Shown: piece after piece, positions 57,771 through 64,000 of the stretch
How the letters are laid out: each line of letters begins with the position of its first letter
How positions within the stretch are numbered: the stretch's first letter is position 1
Origin: Ascoidea asiatica JCM 7603
Taxonomy: Eukaryota > Fungi > Ascomycota
NCBI GenBank assembly: GCA_001600695.1
Contig: BCKQ01000001.1
Span: 526,577-590,576 of the forward strand
Length of the DNA stretch: 64,000 nucleotides
Direction of reading: 5' to 3'
Made by a program: the position numbers and the translations under genes
Notes under the pieces: generated by a model
Seen by the model: only the letters and a program-made list of their open reading frames with translations
The model's database searches: none
What the model was told of the DNA's origin: nothing

Positions 57771-58663
57771 TTTCCAATTTATATCGAAACCAATATTTCT
57801 AATATATAAAACTTAATAATTCAATAAACAATAATTATTGTTTTTATAATCAAATGAGAATATTCGTATTCTATTAACTTTTCATACAATTTTAGTAACT
57901 GTTTATTTATTTATTTATTGTCTTCAACACAGTGGACTAATTAATAATATAAACCATACACTCTCACATTGAAAACAACCTCAACCTCAACCACAACTAC
58001 CAACTACCAACTACCACCTTTGATAACAACATCACTAATACTATTATTCATATTCTTGATAGATAAAATAGATAAAATAGATAATATTCAACTATTCTAG
58101 CTCCAGTTTACATTAATATTTTTCACATTTCCTCTCTTCAACCAGATTGGTCACTGACAAAAACTACGCTTTTCATGGCATTATATTCGACTAACGAGTA
58201 ATCTGTTTACAAACAAAATACCTGTTCTTCCTCGACTTTACTCTGTATTTTCTCTAACCTATTCAATAACCTATTCAATTACCTATTCAATTACTTTTAC
58301 TTATTCAATTACAAATTATGAAATAATTAAATAATTATTATTCAAAATTATTATTATTTTATAAATCTTATATATATCTAAACCTGTCTTTCAAATTATC
58401 TTTTCTTTACTCAGTCAATAAAAATTTTATTTCTATTCTTCTTAAACTTATTAAAACTTATTAAAACTTCTTAATAATAATAATAATAATAACTCTTTTT
58501 TTAATATCAATTTAATTAATCACAATCAAAAAATATAAAACTTTATATATATCATATTCTATACCATTTTTTTTATCAACTATTTATCAGATTCTATTAA
58601 CTTCATCTTCATCTTCAACTTAAACTACAAATATCACTTACAAATATAAAAATTCATTTTAAA

Positions 58664-60361
58664 ATGAAATCTTTAAATTCTTTTGAAATATCTCATATAA
58701 AAATAGATGATTATAAATCTATAATACCCTATGATTCAATAGAAAAAGGGTTAAATTTTAAAAATTTAGAAAATTTTATTCAAAATGATAATATTAATAG
58801 TATTTTTATTAAAAAATTAAAAAATTTATCTCCAAATCTTATTAAACAAATAGTCAAATATCTTCCAATTGAATTAATTCATTTTTTATCATATTCAAAA
58901 ATCTCAATAATTAGAGAAATCTCAATTAAAAAATTATATGAATCTTTGATTATTTGTGAAGATGATGATGATGATGATGGTGACAATGATGATGACAATG
59001 ATGAAGATAATGATGAAGATAACGATGATGATGATGATAATGATGGTAAATTAATTCTTAATCCTGGTGATGATATTTTTAAACATTCAACTGAAGCTCA
59101 AATTATTGATTTAAATGATTATGAATATATTCCATTAGCTAAAAAATTAAATATAAATATTGAATCTAAAATTCTTAAACAATTATTCTTTAGTTTTTCT
59201 TCTAAATTTATTTTCTCAAATTTAATTTCAATAAATATTTGTGATCGAAATTGGCAAGATAATTTTGAAGAAAATTGGTCATTTATAAGATTTTTAACAA
59301 ATTCAAAAAATTTTCCAAGATTAAAATCTTTAAAATTAATTGGTAATGAAATTAAATTTGATTATGATATAAATTTTAATTATAATTTTAATTTAAATTT
59401 ATTTAAAAATTTCTTAAATTTAACAAATTTAAATTTATCTGGTAATAGATTTACATCTAATGATTTAAAACCATTAAGTGATTTAAAAAATTTAATTAAA
59501 TTAAATATTTCTGAAAATTATTTTTTCGCTTATAAAAAACAAAACTCTATAAGTTTTGATTTCTTAAATAATTTAATTAATTTAAATTATTTAAACCTTT
59601 CTGATAATTATATTTCTGAAATTCCTTTAAATTTAGAATTTTTAACTAAATTAAAAACTTTAGATTTATCTTCAAATAAAATAAGTAAAATTGAAAATTT
59701 AAAAAACTTATCTTCACTTATTAAATTAGATTTATCATTTAATAAAATTCTTGAAATCTCAGATGATTTATTATATCTTTCAAATTTAAAAATATTAAAT
59801 TTACATAAAAATTCAATTAATAAAATTCAAAATGTAAAAAATCTTAAAGATTTAATAAATTTAAATTTAGCTTTCAATAATTTAACTAAAATTGAAAATA
59901 TTTCATTTCTAGAAAATTTAAGAAAATTGATCTTATCAAATAATCAAATTAATCTTTCAAATAACAATAATAATAATGACAATAATAATACAATTAATCT
60001 CAATAATAAAAAGAATAAGAATAATGAATCAGAATTCCCATTACTTCCTTTAAAAGATAAATTAGAAGTTTTATCTATAAATAACAATGAACTCACCAAA
60101 CTTCCAAAATATTTCAATCATTTCAAAAATTTAAAATATTTAGATTTATCATTCAATCCAATTCAATTAACTGAATTTCAAGAAATTTGTGATTTTCCAA
60201 GAGATGTTAAAGTTATTAATTTTATTGGTATTCATTTAAATGAAATGCATGTAAGTTATATTAATAATTTTTGTAGTAATATAAGAATTTCAAATAACTC
60301 AACTTATCAAAAAAATAGTACTTTGAAATTACCACTTCTTAAAAGAAGAAGATTTCAATAG
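58664..60361 (+). CDS. Putative F-box + LRR protein, divergent copy E (565 aa) with acidic tract
   Basis: LKNLSPNLIKQIVKYLPIELIHFLS..IREISIKKLYE F-box-like segment, Asp-rich tract, then about 11 LRRs. LPKYFNHFKNLKYLDLSFNP parallels LPKFFLNFKNLKYLDLRENP in copy C. Confidence 0.85.
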   Translation: MKSLNSFEISHIKIDDYKSIIPYDSIEKGLNFKNLENFIQNDNINSIFIKKLKNLSPNLIKQIVKYLPIELIHFLSYSKISIIREISIKKLYESLIICEDDDDDDGDNDDDNDEDNDEDNDDDDDNDGKLILNPGDDIFKHSTEAQIIDLNDYEYIPLAKKLNINIESKILKQLFFSFSSKFIFSNLISINICDRNWQDNFEENWSFIRFLTNSKNFPRLKSLKLIGNEIKFDYDINFNYNFNLNLFKNFLNLTNLNLSGNRFTSNDLKPLSDLKNLIKLNISENYFFAYKKQNSISFDFLNNLINLNYLNLSDNYISEIPLNLEFLTKLKTLDLSSNKISKIENLKNLSSLIKLDLSFNKILEISDDLLYLSNLKILNLHKNSINKIQNVKNLKDLINLNLAFNNLTKIENISFLENLRKLILSNNQINLSNNNNNNDNNNTINLNNKKNKNNESEFPLLPLKDKLEVLSINNNELTKLPKYFNHFKNLKYLDLSFNPIQLTEFQEICDFPRDVKVINFIGIHLNEMHVSYINNFCSNIRISNNSTYQKNSTLKLPLLKRRRFQ

Positions 60362-62533
60362 TGATAATATATTATTTAGAATAGAATATATTAATAATCA
60401 GAATATATATATACTGTATATATTTACATATACTTTATATATGTTTTATAGGACTTTTTTTTTTTATAATTTTTATAATTTAGATAGTAATGAAAAAAAT
60501 AGAAGACCAAGACCAAATGGTATGACACTTTTCTAATTTTGATAGAAAAATGATCTAAAAAAAGAAAGCTTAATTTTTCTTGTCGTAGTTCTTTTGAAAA
60601 AAAAAAAACAAGTCTCAAGAAGAAAAAACTTCTGGAAATCTGATTTATCAATTTCATCAAATTTTAATGGTTTTTTCAAAGATTTTGTTGTTAATAAAAT
60701 TGAATGAAGCATATGTATCTTTAAAGCTCATTCTTTAAGCTTTTGAGATTTTGTCCAATTGTCTCAAAAAAAAAGCAAGCAGCAAGTCTTAAAAACTAGT
60801 TTGTGATAATTTTTTAATAAGAAAAACAGATAATTAATTACAGTTACAAAAAGATTAGGATCAAACAACATTTTTTTTAATTTGCAATTTGAAAATAACT
60901 TTATGACTCTTGATTTTGAAAAAATAATAAACGGTTCCATCACTCCATGGGAAAATTATTGGGGAGCATAGTTGTTTGAATAAAGCCAATAAATCCCTAT
61001 GATATTTTTTTCTTTTAAGGTCCTTTTCATAGACTTATTCATTAAAAGAAATTGTAAAATCATAACATTTTTCTTTCAATTGAGAATATTCTATTATACT
61101 GAAAAATAAATTTTGAATAAAATATCAATAAGCTTCATGAGATCAAAAAAATTCAATCATTTTTTTTATTGTTTTGTGATTGAAATTAATTCTCTTAAAA
61201 GATTTTTTTCACTTGACAACATCTTAAAAAACAAAGTAGTTTTCATGTTTTAATAAAAAGTTTTTATCTATTGAAATATTTTGTGAATAAATTCACATTT
61301 GAAAAATACTTTAAATTAAAGAGGTCAGAAATTGTAAAAAAAATATTCAGATAGGTAAAAAAAAAAAACCCCATTGAAACAGAAAAGAGCCTTTAATGAA
61401 TTTGACAGTTTGATATAATCAATGACTAGAAGCCCAATCCTTATAAAATAGTTGAAGAAGTCGACTACACTATTTTTTAGACTCTCTAAACTGAATTTCT
61501 TGAAAGACAGAAATTATACCTGGGATTTCATCTATTGGATGTTTCAATTAAAGCATTAAAGCATTTTATATGGAATGATTTCAAGTTCCTTTTTATCTAG
61601 ATTAAATATCATAAATTCACTCGGAAGGTTGATAATTAAGCTTAAGTAACTTTAATACATCTATAGAACAAGCTTTTTTAACAGAACCAGTTAAAAAAAA
61701 TATTCAAGACCCTTGGAGCCCACTGTACTTTATTTAAGTGGTATAATATGAAATTAACCTATAATTAAAAACAGAAACTTTGAATAGATACAGAGTAGAT
61801 AATAGAAAGTACAAAAGTACCATTTTAAAAAACATTTGCAAAAAAGTGTGGATTTATCAAAAAGATGTAATTCAAATTTGATATTTTATGAAAGTCCAAG
61901 AAAAAACAAAGGAAATAAAAAGGAAATTTCAAATTATTCCGGTAAAACTGGAGCAATAATCGGAGATTTTAGACGTTTTGTAAATCATAGGAAAGAACTT
62001 TGTGATCATGAAGCTAACCTCCTAATATTTGAATAAAAAAATCAAATATTGAACTGTTTTAAATCTCTCTCTTAATTCATATTGACCTCGAGAGACTCGA
62101 CCAAATTTAGTTTTACCGGAGAGTTATGCAATAGTGATAAAATCTAACAAGAAGTGAAACATTTTTGAAAGTCATGACAAGTAAGAGCAAAAATAGTTTA
62201 AATTCGAAATAAATGATAAATCATGTTTGTTTATCACAAAAAACTTGAAAGCAGGCAAAGAAAATACATTTCTCAAAAAGTCAGTGCGTAAAACATGCAT
62301 TATAAATTATAAACCAGAGTCGTTAGACCCCTTTTTTCTCTTTGGTTTCAAACATTGTTCGAAATATATCAAACTTCAGTTTCAAATGAAAGCATATGAT
62401 AGAGATTGGGAAGTTACAAGCAGCTCATTTAATACATTTTCTATTGAAGAATATTATATGTTGTTGATTGAATTTGTTTGATTTGTTGTCATAGTATGAA
62501 TTTGAAATCAAAACAGGCAGATTTATGATTTTG

Positions 62534-62534
<1 letters not shown>

Positions 62535-62584
<50 letters not shown>

Positions 62585-62609
62585 TATTATTATTATTATT
62601 TATTATTAT
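62535..62609. repeat. (TTA)n microsatellite with two interruptions
   Basis: Read directly. Confidence 0.9.
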
Positions 62610-63105
62610 CGCATAAAGCTGATTACAAAGTGACCCGTAGATCTGGCCTCAAACGAGAAATCTGAAAAATAAATATCTTTTTTAATAAATATTCAAAGTA
62701 ATCTTACTTTTGATAACTTTGAAACTGGAGAAAAATTGATCAATCGAAATATATGTTACAACGTTTATGATATTGTAACAACTTTTGGTATTCAATAAAT
62801 TATATATTAAAAAAGGAATAAACATTTTTGAAAAAGTAGTTATAAAAAGATAAGAAATAAGCCCAAACCCAAAGTATTTATAAAGAACACAAATCTAGAT
62901 ATATAAAAAAGTACAACCCCAGAAAAGCAAGAGATAAAAAAAATACAAAGAAGCCCATAAAAAAAAAATTGTGGCAAAATCAAAAACTTCCTTTTTTTTT
63001 ATTTCCAGGAAAAAAAAATTTATCAAATTGAAAAATTGAAAAATTGAAAGTTTGAATGAAAATTGAATAAAAATGGGAAAAAAATCAAAACATTTAATAC
63101 AGGGT

Positions 63106-64000
63106 TTACGAACTACTGACATTATCAGCATAACCTCCGGCAACATTTCCTGGTGAATAATATTCACAAACAATATAAGTTCCCCAAATATTATCACATA
63201 CTTTATAACCACAACCTAATTCAGAAGTTGCTTTCCAAACGAGTTGAGTGAAATGACCAGTTGATGAAGAAAAACCTGGATTATTGAAGTCATAATTGCT
63301 TACTTCGTTATACCATGCATCAACAGCGTCAGGTCCAGTAGGATATCCTAAAGCTATATTTTCACCGTAATTACCATTAGAATGAGTTAAAGTTCCATCA
63401 ATTGGACAAGTGAAAGCATCAGCGTAATTTTGAGCATATGTAGCAAGTTCATCATTCCATACTAATGCATCTGCACTATGTAAAGCTCTTTTGGTATTAG
63501 TTTCATCAAGAATATCTTGTTGGAAAGTAGAAAGTGTAGTCGAAGAAGAAGAAGTTGAAGAGGTAGAAGTATATGATGTTGAGGAAGTAACAGATTCAAA
63601 TAAAACCGAAGGAGCAGAAGTAGATGAGATAGATGAAGTGGAGAAAGTGTAAGTGGTGGAAGTAGTGGTAGTAGTAGATGAAATAGAGGTTGACGAGGTT
63701 GAAACAGATGGAGATGCCGAGGAAGAAGTAATAGTAGAAGGAGATGATGTAGATGAAATAGTTGAAATGGAGGTAGATAGGCTGGAAGTAGAAATAGATG
63801 ATGTAGATGACGTAGATGAAGTGGAGGTTGATGACATAGATGTAGATGGACTGGAAGTGGAAGTAGAGGTAGATAACGTAGATGTAGATGTAGAAGTGGA
63901 TGTAATAGATGAAGTAGATGAAGTAGATGAAGTAGATGAAGTAGATGAAGTAGATGAAGTAGATGAAGTAGATGAAGTAGATGAAGTAGATGAAGTAGAT
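63106..64000 (-). CDS. PRY1: CAP/PR-1 superfamily secreted sterol-binding protein (Pry1/Pry2/Rbe1-like), 5' end outside the window
   Basis: CAP motifs KRALHSA..LVWNDELA, YGENIALGY, AVDAWYNE, HFTQLVWK, LGCG and YIVCEYYSPGNV. The Ser/Thr-rich frame stays open past ATG 63837 to the window edge. No C-terminal GPI signal. Confidence 0.9.
   Translation of the reverse strand, partial: STSSTSSTSSTSSTSSTSSTSSTSSTSSTSSITSTSTSTSTLSTSTSTSSPSTSMSSTSTSSTSSTSSISTSSLSTSISTISSTSSPSTITSSSASPSVSTSSTSISSTTTTTSTTYTFSTSSISSTSAPSVLFESVTSSTSYTSTSSTSSSSTTLSTFQQDILDETNTKRALHSADALVWNDELATYAQNYADAFTCPIDGTLTHSNGNYGENIALGYPTGPDAVDAWYNEVSNYDFNNPGFSSSTGHFTQLVWKATSELGCGYKVCDNIWGTYIVCEYYSPGNVAGGYADNVSSS
63908..64000. repeat. 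Coding 9-bp tandem repeat (GATGAAGTA)x~10 encoding Ser-Thr-Ser on the minus strand
   Basis: Read directly; runs off the window edge. Confidence 0.95.

Noticed and set aside
44008-60361. LRR genes as recent bacterial internalin transfers or as the SDS22 ortholog
   Set aside because: Base composition matches the host, there are no secretion or LPXTG signals, the N-terminus is F-box-like, and Sds22 is a much shorter single-copy protein. An ancient transfer cannot be excluded without a phylogeny.
1-64000. Intact transposons, LTRs or rRNA
   Set aside because: No gag/pol/transposase ORF, paired LTRs, terminal inverted repeats or rRNA-like sequence recognised.

Overview
Eukaryotic nuclear DNA from an extremely AT-rich budding yeast (Saccharomycotina). 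The composition, poly-Asn-rich proteins and gene set suggest an Ascoidea-like species; this is inference, not verified. From 1 to ~42 kb the window holds housekeeping genes: a D-2-hydroxyacid dehydrogenase, a SUN41/SIM1-type glucanase, tRNA-Glu, intron-containing HPC2 (true start 12739, missed by the ORF track), a YEL1 Arf-GEF, a DMT permease, WBP1, MDM38/LETM1, UTP22, a DUF1746 (Dsc4/Vld1-like) protein, RPC40, a degenerate Gyp5/Gyl1-like TBC protein and a divergent PRM1. From 44 to 60.4 kb is an accessory cluster of five putative F-box + SDS22-like LRR genes: four in tandem on the minus strand and one divergent copy beyond an intron-containing tRNA-Tyr. The paralogs differ in LRR number and share near-identical DNA patches in a mosaic pattern, suggesting a diversifying family of SCF substrate receptors. 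This is the most novel-looking system here. The window ends inside a PRY1-like CAP gene. Intergenic GC islands carrying CACGTG and Reb1-like motifs mark the promoters. No CRISPR array, rRNA or intact transposon was seen.
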